DNA of 57,157 nt. Source: an uncultured Gemmatimonadota bacterium (GTDB lineage Bacteria > Gemmatimonadota > Gemmatimonadetes > Palauibacterales > Palauibacteraceae). The notes under the pieces were generated by a model. It saw nothing but the letters and a program-made list of their open reading frames with translations. It did no database searches and had not been told where the DNA came from. The stretch's first letter is position 1. The number at the start of each line of letters is the position of its first letter. Below, in pieces: positions 27,603 through 35,410 of the stretch. Where the stretch lies: positions 1 to 57,157 of the forward strand of contig CAZJJO010000002.1 in the NCBI GenBank assembly GCA_964546375.1. The letters are read 5' to 3'. The position numbers were made by a program, and so were the translations under genes.

Positions 27603-29414
27603 ATGGAGACGCGACGAGTCCTGCTGGCGATCGTCCTCATGATCGCCGTCATCGTTCTCACCCAGCTCCTCTTCCCGCCCGCGCCGCCGGCCGACCGGAC
27701 CGCCGGGTCCGGCGCGGACGCGGCGGCGGTGGACACGCCGCGGGCGGACACCGCCGCGCGGGCGGCGGCTTCGGACACCCCGGCCGGGGAGGCGGCCGCC
27801 GGCGGAGACGGCGGCGAGGCCGGGGAGCCGCCGGCGCCGTCGGAGGGGGACCGGGAGTTCGGGCGCGCCCCGGCCGGCGAGCAGGAGGCCGCCCCGGAGG
27901 ACGGCCTGTTCGAGGGCCCCGAGGGGGCGGAGGAGCCGGGCGACTCGGTCACCGTCTCCACCCCCCTGTACCGCGTGCGCTTCTCCACGCGCGGCGCGGC
28001 GGTGACCGGCGTCGAGCTCCGCCGCTACGACTCCCACGCCGAGGGGGAGGAAGGACAGCCGGTCCGGCTGGTGCGCGAGGGCGACCGGCTGCTGGCCTGG
28101 CGGGTCACCGACGGCCGGGACACGCTGGACCTGCGGACCCGGAGCTTCGAGCCGAGCCGGACCCGACTGGAGGTGGAGGAGGGCGGCGAGGCCCGGACGC
28201 TCACGTTCCGGCACCGGCTCCCCGAGGCCGGCGGGCTGGCCTACGTGGTCACCTACCGCTTCGAGCCCGACAGCTACCGTGTCGCGGTGGAGGGCCGGCT
28301 GGAGGGGCTGGGCCAGCGGGGCTACACGATCCTGGCCTCCATGGGCCGGGGCCTCCGGACGAACGAGGCGAACCCGGACGAGGACTACGACCAGCTCGCC
28401 TTCGCCGTGAACTCGGGCGGCGGCGAGATCGAGACGCAGAAGCTGGACGACATCGGGGCGGGCGAGACCCGGACCCCGGAGGGCGGCCCCTTCCGGTGGG
28501 TCTCGGTCAAGAACAAGTACTTCCTGATCTCCTACGTGGCGCCGGAGGGGACGCGGGGCTTCGGCGGGCTGACGGCCCGGGGCGTGGAGGCGGAGCACGC
28601 GGCCGAGATGGAGGCCTCCTACCCGGTCCCGGCCGACGAGGAGGGGTTCCGGTTCCTGGCCTACATGGGGCCCCAGGAGTACGAGCGGCTGCAGGCGACC
28701 GGCCAGAGCCTGCACAACGTGAACCCGTACGGCTGGGAGTGGCTCCGCTTCCTGATCCGTCCGCTGGTCAGCCTGATCATGACCATCTTCACCTGGGCCC
28801 ACACGACGCTCGGGCTGGCCTACGGCTGGGTGCTGATCCTGTTCGGCATCGCCATGCGGGTCGTCCTCTTCCCCCTCTACCAGAAGTCCATGCGCGCCCA
28901 GATGGCGCAGATGCAGGTGCAGCCGCTGGTGAAGGAGCTGCAGGAGAAGTACGACGACGAGCCCGAGAAGCTCCAGAAGGAGATGATGCGGCTCTACAAG
29001 GAGCACGACATCAACCCGCTGGCGGGCTGTCTCCCGATGCTCCTGCCCTTCCCGATCCTGATCACGCTGTTCTTCGTCTTCCAGAACACCATCGAGGTGC
29101 GGGGCGTCTCGTTCTGGTGGATCCCGGACCTCTCGCTCCACGACCCCCTCTACATCACGCCGCTGGTGATGGGGGCGTCGATGTTCCTGCTCCAGTGGAT
29201 CGGCCAGCGGGGCATGGAGCGGAACACCCAGATGAAGATCATGGGCTATGCGATGCCGGTGGTGTTCTTCTTCCTGTTCCTCCGCTTCCCGGCGGGGCTG
29301 AACCTGTACTACGCCACCAGCAACCTCGCCTCCCTGCCCCAGCAGTGGTACCTGTCGCTGGAGCGGAAGGAGATGCAGGAGAAGGGCGAGCTTCCCGGAA
29401 CGGGCGACGACTGA
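27603..29414 (+). CDS. yidC: Membrane protein insertase YidC (long periplasmic P1 domain, low-complexity N-terminal linker)
   Basis: ORF 27603..29414. The ATG directly follows the yidD stop. The C-terminal 60-kDa IMP core reads MAQMQVQP..MMRLYKEHDINPLAGCLPMLLPFPILITLF..AGLNLYY. Confidence 0.95.
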   Translation: METRRVLLAIVLMIAVIVLTQLLFPPAPPADRTAGSGADAAAVDTPRADTAARAAASDTPAGEAAAGGDGGEAGEPPAPSEGDREFGRAPAGEQEAAPEDGLFEGPEGAEEPGDSVTVSTPLYRVRFSTRGAAVTGVELRRYDSHAEGEEGQPVRLVREGDRLLAWRVTDGRDTLDLRTRSFEPSRTRLEVEEGGEARTLTFRHRLPEAGGLAYVVTYRFEPDSYRVAVEGRLEGLGQRGYTILASMGRGLRTNEANPDEDYDQLAFAVNSGGGEIETQKLDDIGAGETRTPEGGPFRWVSVKNKYFLISYVAPEGTRGFGGLTARGVEAEHAAEMEASYPVPADEEGFRFLAYMGPQEYERLQATGQSLHNVNPYGWEWLRFLIRPLVSLIMTIFTWAHTTLGLAYGWVLILFGIAMRVVLFPLYQKSMRAQMAQMQVQPLVKELQEKYDDEPEKLQKEMMRLYKEHDINPLAGCLPMLLPFPILITLFFVFQNTIEVRGVSFWWIPDLSLHDPLYITPLVMGASMFLLQWIGQRGMERNTQMKIMGYAMPVVFFFLFLRFPAGLNLYYATSNLASLPQQWYLSLERKEMQEKGELPGTGDD

Positions 29415-29446
29415 GGACACCGCCGGCCGGGCCCGGATCCGGGACC

Positions 29447-29534
29447 GGGAGGGCCGGGGCCGGGCCCGGGTCGCTCACGCCCGACCGCTGCGCGGTCGAA
29501 GGGTTCGCTCGCCGGGCCCGGCCCCGACCCTCCC
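29447..29534. repeat. Long inverted repeat (23-nt arms, 22/23 complementary, 42-nt spacer with its own 6-bp hairpin) just after yidC
   Basis: GGGAGGGCCGGGGCCGGGCCCGG (29447-29469) pairs with CCGGGCCCGGCCCCGACCCTCCC (29512-29534). The inner hairpin is CGACCG-ctgcg-CGGTCG. A CCCGGATCCGGG palindrome precedes it at 29432-29443. Confidence 0.8.
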
Positions 29535-29601
29535 TCTGCGGCCAGGGGGCCCGGCCGGCGGGCCGCTCCGGCTGGATGGAGGGGGTGGGGTGGGCGGTGA
29601 T

Positions 29602-29686
29602 CGCTCCCGTCGGGCGCGTCGCGCCCGTCCGGATCGCTGGTGCCGGGCACCGCTCCCGTCGGGCGCCCGGCGCCCGGCCGGATCGC
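29602..29686. repeat. Two 36-nt direct repeats (period 49 nt, 32/36 identical), each a GGGCGC-nnn-GCGCCC hairpin
   Basis: CGCTCCCGTCGGGCGCgtcGCGCCCGtCCGGATCGC (29602-29637) and CGCTCCCGTCGGGCGCccgGCGCCCGgCCGGATCGC (29651-29686). Three of the four differences fall in the hairpin loop. Confidence 0.8.
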
Positions 29687-29724
29687 CATGCGGCCGAGCC
29701 GGCGCCGACGGCCACGGAAGCGGA

Positions 29725-29928
29725 GGGGGAGACGAGTCCGCCGAGCGGGATCTCCGACCCGAGTCCCGGACCCATTCGGTGACGGGAGCGTCGGACGAGG
29801 GTCGCAAGCCCGCGAGGCGGAGCTCGTCTCCCCCGGAGCGGGATCTCCGACCCGAGTCCCGGACCCATTCGGTGACGGGAGCGTCGGGCGAGGGTCGCAA
29901 GCCCGCGAGGCGGATCTCGTCTCCCCCG
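29725..29928. repeat. Tandem 2 x 93-nt repeat (91/93 identical), preceded by an 18-nt arm complementary to the unit 3' end; candidate structured RNA or REP-like element
   Basis: Copies lie at 29743-29835 and 29836-29928. GGGGGAGACGAGTCCGCC (29725-29742) pairs with GGCGGA(G)CTCGTCTCCCCC (29816-29834, and again at 29909-29927). Confidence 0.85.
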
Positions 29929-29934
29929 GAGCGC

Positions 29935-30843
29935 TCAGAGGTCGGCGCCGAGCGAGAGGCCCCAGAGCGTCTCGTCCTGCCGGAAGAACTGCTCGGCGCG
30001 GGAGGGGCCGGCGCCGGCGATCAGGGCGAGGCGGTAGCGGCCGCCGAAGGCGAGGCCGGCCTCGAGCGCGAGGACGGGCTCCCACCCGTGCTCCTCCCAC
30101 GCGAAGAGCTCGGCCGCGGCGTAGGGCCCGGAGCCCCCGGGCCGGCCCGCGTCTCGGCCCCACTCGGCGCCGAGGCGGAACGAGCCCGGGTCGAGCCCGG
30201 CGGTGCTCCGGAGCAGGAGGCCGGGTCCCCCGTAGAGCCGGAGGTCGGGGAGGGGGCGGGCGCCGAGCAGCAGCTCGACCCCCTCGCGGCTGGTGGAGAT
30301 CGGGGACCGGCCGGTGCGCTCGAGGAACTCGTCGCCCAGGTGCGAGCTGACGTGGTGGAGCGCGAGACGGGCGTCCACCCCCCGCCACCGCGCCCGGAGG
30401 CGGAGCCCGACCCGGTAGTGGACCTCGACGAACTCGTTCCCGTGGCCCTCCAGGTCGAAGCGGGAGAAGGCGCCGCCGGCCAGCTCGCCCCAGAGGGCCG
30501 CGGGCCCGCCGTCCGTGCTGTCGCCCGCACTCTCCGGCGTCCAGAGCCGGAAGGGGAAGCTCTCGCCCAGGTTCACCAGGGCCACCCACCGCCGGCGGTC
30601 CGGGCGGTCCACCCGGACGGGGGCGAGCCGGGTCCGGGGCTCGAGGGGCGAGGCGAGGGGGGGTGGGAAGGGTGGGTCGGCGACGGTGTCGGCGGCGGGA
30701 GGCTTCGCCCGGGCTTCCGGGGCCTGCTGGACCGACGCCGGGAGCGGGGCGGCCGGCACGAGCGTCGCCAGCGCCAGGAGGGCGAGGACCCGGAGCGGGG
30801 ATCGCCCGGGGCCGCGAGCCGGCGTTCGGCCCCGGTCCGACAC
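29935..30843 (-). CDS. Secreted/outer-membrane protein, DUF1207-like (family recalled from memory)
   Basis: C-terminal 302 codons of ORF 29935..31059 from GTG 30843. Signal peptide RSPLRVLALLALATLVPAAP, then the motif HHVSSHLGDEF. The longer ORF would overlap the fpg-like gene. Confidence 0.6.
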   Translation of the reverse strand: MSDRGRTPARGPGRSPLRVLALLALATLVPAAPLPASVQQAPEARAKPPAADTVADPPFPPPLASPLEPRTRLAPVRVDRPDRRRWVALVNLGESFPFRLWTPESAGDSTDGGPAALWGELAGGAFSRFDLEGHGNEFVEVHYRVGLRLRARWRGVDARLALHHVSSHLGDEFLERTGRSPISTSREGVELLLGARPLPDLRLYGGPGLLLRSTAGLDPGSFRLGAEWGRDAGRPGGSGPYAAAELFAWEEHGWEPVLALEAGLAFGGRYRLALIAGAGPSRAEQFFRQDETLWGLSLGADL

Positions 30844-30938
30844 GCGGGGAACGGCCCTTCTACTAACTAGGTCGTTGTGGTCGGCGCGCCGGGCCGTCGG
30901 CCCGGACGTCCCGGCGGAAGGGGGGGCGCCGTCCCGGC

Positions 30939-31736
30939 TCAGACCGACCGCTGGCAGCGGGGACAGATGTAGGTGCTCCGCCCGATGAGCTTCATCCGCT
31001 GGACTGCTCCCCCGCAGCGGGGACAGGCGTCGCCCTCGCTCCGGTGGTTGATCAGCCATCCCGGGTCGGCGTGGGCGGCCTCCCAGTGGAGCGTGGCCCG
31101 CCGAAGCACCCGCTTCAGGTACTTCTGCACCCTCCGGAGATGGCGGTCGCTCATGTCGTTCAGCCGCACGTCCGGACGGTAGCCGGCCTGGAAGCAGATC
31201 TCGTCCGCGTACTCGTTGCCGATGCCCGCGACGATCTCCTGGTTCATCAGCATGCCCTTCAGCGAGCTCTGGGGGTGCTCCCGGGCCAGCTCGACGAAGC
31301 GATCGGCCGTCAGCTCGTCGTCGAGCGGGTCGATGCCGAGGTTCTCCAGGGTGTCGAGCCCGCTGAAGTCCTCGCCCTCCACCAGGTGGACCTCGCCCTT
31401 CGTCCCGGGGGAGGTGTAGCGCAGCTCGCGGCCGGCGGCGAACTGCAGCCGGATCTTGGAGTGCTCGCGCGGGGGGGCGGTCTGGGACTCCAGGTAGATC
31501 TCGCCCTGCTCGCCCATGTGGAAGACGAGCTGATAGCCCGAGCTGAAGCGGAGCACGATGTACCGGCCCTGGCGCTCCACCGCCTCGATGGACTCGTCCT
31601 CCAGGCTCTCGGAGGCCAGGTCCGGGTCGATGTCGACGGCCTCCTGGTCGTCGACCAGCACCTCGGAGATGGTCTTGCCGGTGGCGTAGCCGGCAAAACC
31701 GTCGATCATTCTCTCTACGTCGGGAAGTTCGATCAT
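30939..31736 (-). CDS. Fpg/Nei-family DNA glycosylase homologue with non-canonical N-terminus (MIELPDVE)
   Basis: C-terminal 265 codons of ORF 30939..32243 from ATG 31736. H2TH LMNQEIVAGIGNEYADEICF and a C4 zinc finger CPRCGG..GRSTYICPRCQ. Confidence 0.88.
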   Translation of the reverse strand: MIELPDVERMIDGFAGYATGKTISEVLVDDQEAVDIDPDLASESLEDESIEAVERQGRYIVLRFSSGYQLVFHMGEQGEIYLESQTAPPREHSKIRLQFAAGRELRYTSPGTKGEVHLVEGEDFSGLDTLENLGIDPLDDELTADRFVELAREHPQSSLKGMLMNQEIVAGIGNEYADEICFQAGYRPDVRLNDMSDRHLRRVQKYLKRVLRRATLHWEAAHADPGWLINHRSEGDACPRCGGAVQRMKLIGRSTYICPRCQRSV

Positions 31737-31831
31737 CGAGGCTGGCGTCCTTCGTGGGTCCGAGAGTCGTCGTGTCGGCGGCCCGTCGCGGGGACGGGCG
31801 ATACGGGGGCCACGCCCGAGGACGGGCCCGG

Positions 31832-32119
31832 TCAGCGGATGATCTGGAAGCGGTCCGGGAGCTCCTCGCGGGCCGGAATCTCGCGGACGTCTTTCACGCG
31901 CGCGGCTCTCGGCCCCTGGTGGAGCCAGTCCTCCAGCTCCCGGAGGGCCTCCGCGGGTCCTTCCGCGTGGACCTCCACCGCCCCGTCGTCCCGGTTCCGG
32001 ACGGTGCCCGAGAGGCCGAGCTCGCGCGCCCTCTGCGTCGTGGACCAGCGGAAGCCCACGCCCTGGACCCGGCCGGTGACCTCGTAGCCCTGTCTCGCGT
32101 GGTCGTCGCCTCGGCTCAT
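31832..32119 (-). CDS. acyP: Acylphosphatase
   Basis: ORF 31832..32119. [14 protein letters not shown] and [13 protein letters not shown], which is the acylphosphatase signature. Confidence 0.9.
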   Translation of the reverse strand: MSRGDDHARQGYEVTGRVQGVGFRWSTTQRARELGLSGTVRNRDDGAVEVHAEGPAEALRELEDWLHQGPRAARVKDVREIPAREELPDRFQIIR

Positions 32120-32235
32120 CCGGGTGGGTGTGGTCGACGGAAGAGGGCTCCCGCTGGGCGGGGCGAGCCGCCCCGGCCCCGCCGGACGGTTCGGGGCGCA
32201 AGGGTCGTGCCGGTCCGGCAGGGCCCGTCCCGGTA

Positions 32236-32251
32236 CGTTTCACGTGAAAAG
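32236..32251. promoter_or_regulatory. parS site 1 (cGTTTCACGTGAAAAg)
   Basis: 13/14 core match to the GTTTCACGTGAAAC consensus. Lies 176 nt upstream of the parA ATG. Confidence 0.85.
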
Positions 32252-32281
32252 TTCGCCGGCGCGCCGTCTCCGCCCCCCGGT

Positions 32282-32297
32282 GATTTCACGTGAAATG
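32282..32297. promoter_or_regulatory. parS site 2 (gATTTCACGTGAAATg, perfect 14-bp palindrome)
   Basis: 12/14 core match to the parS consensus. Lies 46 nt from site 1 (centre to centre). Confidence 0.85.
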
Positions 32298-32321
32298 TCG
32301 TCCCGAATCCGGGGACGGTGC

Positions 32322-32351
32322 TTGGCCGGCGTCCGGGCGCGCCTCTATATT
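32322..32351 (+). promoter_or_regulatory. Putative parA promoter (TTGGCC-18 nt-TATATT)
   Basis: Motif read on the plus strand downstream of both parS sites, about 75 nt upstream of the parA ATG. Confidence 0.4.
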
Positions 32352-32426
32352 CGGGGCCACCGGGCCGCCAGCCGGGCGCCCGGCCGTCCCGCGCCGCCAG
32401 CCAGCCACCCCCAGCCGTCGGAGAGC

Positions 32427-33212
32427 ATGGGCCGAATCATCTCCATCGCCAACCAGAAGGGCGGGGTCGGCAAGACCACCACCGCGATCAACCTCGGCGG
32501 CTCCCTGGCCGTGGCCGAGCAGAAGACCCTGGTGGTGGACTGCGACCCCCAGGGCAACGCGACCAGCGGGCTCGGGATCCGCAAGGACGTGGGCGATCCC
32601 TCGGTCTACGACTGCATCGTCGACGGCGTACCGGCCCGGGAGGCCCTCCGGGAGGAGGTCCACTTCCCCTTCCTGGACGTGATTCCCGCCAGCCGGGACC
32701 TGGCCGGGGCGGAGGTGGAGCTCATCGACCGGCCGGAGCGCCAGAAGGTGCTCCGGGGCGTCCTCGAGCCTCTCCGGGACGACTACGACTACATCCTGGT
32801 GGACGCCCCGCCCTCTCTCGGGATCCTCACGATCAACACGCTGGCCGCCGCGGACACCGTGCTCATCCCGATCCAGTGCGAGTACTACGCCCTGGAGGGG
32901 CTCAGCCAGCTCCTGAACACCGTCCGGCTGGTGCAGCGGAACATCAACACGGAGCTGGAGATCGAGGGCGTCCTCCTCACCATGTTCGACTCGCGTCTCA
33001 ACCTCTCCAAGCAGGTGGCGGAGGAGGCCCGGGAGTACTTCGGCAAGAAGGTCTTCGAGACGGTGATCCCGCGGAACATCCGTCTCGCCGAGGCGCCGAG
33101 CTTCGGGAAGCCCATCGCACTCTACGACGTCCTCAGCAGCGGGGCGCGGGGCTACCTGAGCCTGGCCCGGGAGATCATCCGACGGGACGAGAAGAAGCGC
33201 AAGGCGAGCTGA
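32427..33212 (+). CDS. parA: Chromosome partitioning ATPase ParA/Soj
   Basis: C-terminal part of ORF 32124..33212 from ATG 32427. Deviant Walker A IANQKGGVGKTTTAINL, then VVDCDPQGNAT and ILVDAPPSLG. Confidence 0.96.
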   Translation: MGRIISIANQKGGVGKTTTAINLGGSLAVAEQKTLVVDCDPQGNATSGLGIRKDVGDPSVYDCIVDGVPAREALREEVHFPFLDVIPASRDLAGAEVELIDRPERQKVLRGVLEPLRDDYDYILVDAPPSLGILTINTLAAADTVLIPIQCEYYALEGLSQLLNTVRLVQRNINTELEIEGVLLTMFDSRLNLSKQVAEEAREYFGKKVFETVIPRNIRLAEAPSFGKPIALYDVLSSGARGYLSLAREIIRRDEKKRKAS

Positions 33213-33229
33213 CCGGAGGGAGACTGCAC

Positions 33230-34129
33230 GTGGCGAACCAGGATCGGAGACTCGGGAAGGGCCTCGGGGCCCTGCTGGGCGAGTACATGGACGAGGGCGA
33301 CGAGCCCGCGGGCGCGGAGCGCCAGATCCGGGTGGAGCAGATCCGGCCCAACCCCTTCCAGCCGCGCTCCGATTTCGCCTCGGAGGCGCTCGGCGAGCTC
33401 GTGGAGTCGATCCGGGAGAACGGCCTCCTCCAGCCGCTGGTCGTCCGCCCGGCCGACGACGGCTGGCAGCTGGTGGCGGGCGAGCGCCGCTGGCGGGCGC
33501 TGCGCAAGCTGGGCTGGGACCGCGCCCCCGCCATCGTCCGGGACCTCGAGGACGACCAGATGCTGGTCCTGGCGCTGGTGGAGAACCTCCAGCGCGAGAA
33601 CCTGTCGCCCGTGGAGGAGGCGCTGGGCTACGAGCAGCTCATGGAGAGCTTCGGGCTCACCCAGAAGGAGGTGGCCGAGCGGGTCGGACGGGACCGGTCG
33701 ACCATCTCCAACACGTTGCGGTTGTTGAACCTGGAGGATGACGTCCGCCAGATGGTGGCCGACGGCCGCCTCACCGCGGGCCACGGCCGTGCGCTGCTGG
33801 GCCTGGAGGACCCGGACCGGCGACGCCGGCTGGCCCGGGAGATCGTCGAGGACGACCTCTCGGTGCGGAGCGTGGAGCGCCGGGTCCGCCGGCTCGCGGA
33901 GGGCGGCGAGGGGGAGGACACGGACGGCGACGGGGACGGGGACACCTCGCGGGACCCGGTGGCGCGGCGGGCCGAGCAGGTGCTCGAGCGGGCGCTGGGC
34001 ACGGAGGTGAGCGTCCGGCTCGGCGGGCGCGAGAGCGGCCGGATCGAGGTCGCCTTCCACGACAGCGAGGAGTTCGAGCGGCTCTGCGGGCTGCTGGCGG
34101 GCGACGGGGCCGACGAGATCTTCGGCTGA
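33230..34129 (+). CDS. parB: Chromosome partitioning protein ParB/Spo0J
   Basis: Part of ORF 32318..34129 from GTG 33230 (GGAGGGAG upstream). RLGKGLGALL, IRPNPFQPR, GLLQPLVVR, AGERRWRA, ALVENLQRENLSPVEEA, and an HTH QKEVAERVGRDRSTISNTLRLL. Confidence 0.96.
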   Translation: MANQDRRLGKGLGALLGEYMDEGDEPAGAERQIRVEQIRPNPFQPRSDFASEALGELVESIRENGLLQPLVVRPADDGWQLVAGERRWRALRKLGWDRAPAIVRDLEDDQMLVLALVENLQRENLSPVEEALGYEQLMESFGLTQKEVAERVGRDRSTISNTLRLLNLEDDVRQMVADGRLTAGHGRALLGLEDPDRRRRLAREIVEDDLSVRSVERRVRRLAEGGEGEDTDGDGDGDTSRDPVARRAEQVLERALGTEVSVRLGGRESGRIEVAFHDSEEFERLCGLLAGDGADEIFG

Positions 34130-34151
34130 GCCGGGGACGAAGGGGGACCGC

Positions 34152-34970
34152 GTGGGCGATCCGGACCGGAGCCGATGGACCCTGCTCCTCCTCCGGGACG
34201 ACGGGGTCCGCGTCGGCCGGTGGCGCTTCGGCCCCGCCGCGGGGATCGCCGCGGCGCTGGCGGGGCTGACCGCGGCGGTGGCCGCCGGCGTCGGCGCGGG
34301 GCTCTGGTGGGCCGGGCGCGCCGAGTCCGACCGGGTCCGGGCCCTGGCGTCGGAGGTCCGGGAGCTGCGGGCCGACCGCCGGCGGGTCGGACGGCTCGCC
34401 GACCGGCTGGACAGCATCGAGGGAGCCTACCGGCGCCTCCGGCGGGCCCTGGACGGGGGGGACGGACCCGCCGGCGACCGGGCGGTCGGGCTGCCCCCGG
34501 TGGCCGGGGCCGGGGCGGCGGACGCGCGGCCCCGGGACGGGGAGGACCGGTGGAGGTGGCCGCTGGCCCGCGAGGGGTTCGTCACCCGCGCCTTCGACGC
34601 CTCCGGCGCCACCGGTCACCCGGGCCTCGACGTGGCGGTGCCGACGGGCTCCTACGTCCGGGCCGCCCGTCCGGGCGTGGTGGTGGAGGCGGGGACCGAC
34701 TCCGTGTACGGCCGGTACCTCCGGCTGGAGCACCGATCGGGCGCCCGCTCGCTGTACGGGCACGCGGGATGGCTCTTCGTGGGTCCGGGGGACACGGTGG
34801 AAGGGGGCGAGGTGGTCGCCCTCTCCGGCAACACCGGGCGCTCGTCGGCGCCTCACCTCCACTTCGAGGTGCGCCAGGAGGGAGAGGCGGTGGATCCGGC
34901 GCGGCTCCTGCGTGGCGAGGTCGGGGGGTCGGGAACGCCGGACCGTGAAGAGAGAGGAGGATCGCCGTGA
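34152..34970 (+). CDS. M23 (LytM-domain) metallopeptidase with N-terminal TM and coiled-coil region
   Basis: ORF 34152..34970. HPGLDVAV (HxxxD) and GNTGRSSAPHLHFEV (HxH), so the active-site residues are intact. Confidence 0.9.
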   Translation: MGDPDRSRWTLLLLRDDGVRVGRWRFGPAAGIAAALAGLTAAVAAGVGAGLWWAGRAESDRVRALASEVRELRADRRRVGRLADRLDSIEGAYRRLRRALDGGDGPAGDRAVGLPPVAGAGAADARPRDGEDRWRWPLAREGFVTRAFDASGATGHPGLDVAVPTGSYVRAARPGVVVEAGTDSVYGRYLRLEHRSGARSLYGHAGWLFVGPGDTVEGGEVVALSGNTGRSSAPHLHFEVRQEGEAVDPARLLRGEVGGSGTPDREERGGSP

Positions 34971-35410
34971 TCGGATCGTCGGACCGGGAGGAGCGGGAGG
35001 CCTCGGACGTGGTCTCCATCGTCGGTCCCGGCATGGCCGTCGAGGGCGACTGCGCCACGGACGGGACGCTGCGGGTCGAGGGGCGGGTCGAGGGCTCCGT
35101 GCGGGCCGAGAAGGCGGTGGTGATCGGCGAAGACGGGGAGGTGGTGGGAGACGTGCACACCCAGGACGCCGTCGTGGCCGGGAGCGTGACCGGGACGATC
35201 GTGGCCCGGAGCCGCCTGGAGCTGCAGGCCACCGCCCGGGTGGAGGGCGACATCCGGTGCCGCCGGGTGAAGCTCGAGGAGGGCGGGTTCGTGGAGGGGC
35301 GCGTCGAGATGAGCGGCGACGGGCTCCCCGGGGACGAGGACGAGGGGGAATCCGGCCGTTCTCCACAGGGATCCACAGGGAGCGGCCCGGCCGGAGGGGT
35401 CGAGGCGTGA
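34967..35410 (+). CDS. Bactofilin family cytoskeletal protein
   Basis: ORF 34967..35410. Repetitive beta-helix pattern G.L.VEGRVEGSV.AEKAVVIGEDGEVVGDVHTQDAVVAGSVTG.I with an acidic disordered tail. The GTG overlaps the M23 stop (GTGA). Confidence 0.9.
   Translation: MIGSSDREEREASDVVSIVGPGMAVEGDCATDGTLRVEGRVEGSVRAEKAVVIGEDGEVVGDVHTQDAVVAGSVTGTIVARSRLELQATARVEGDIRCRRVKLEEGGFVEGRVEMSGDGLPGDEDEGESGRSPQGSTGSGPAGGVEA

Noticed and set aside
29475-29900. ORF of 141 aa with a repeated RPSxDAPVTEWVRDSGRRSRS segment that spans the 93-nt tandem repeats (a possible repeat protein).
   Set aside because: The repeat in the peptide simply mirrors the DNA repeat. Codon-position GC is only weakly periodic (hand count GC3 about 81% against GC2 about 68% over one unit). 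The rest of the ORF is Arg/Pro/Ser junk. There is no start context, and ORFs on both strands read through the region equally well.
29602-29928. CRISPR array.
   Set aside because: The repeats are only two copies each. The 93-nt units are directly contiguous with no spacers. The 36-nt units are separated by a single 13-nt gap. No cas genes are present in the window.
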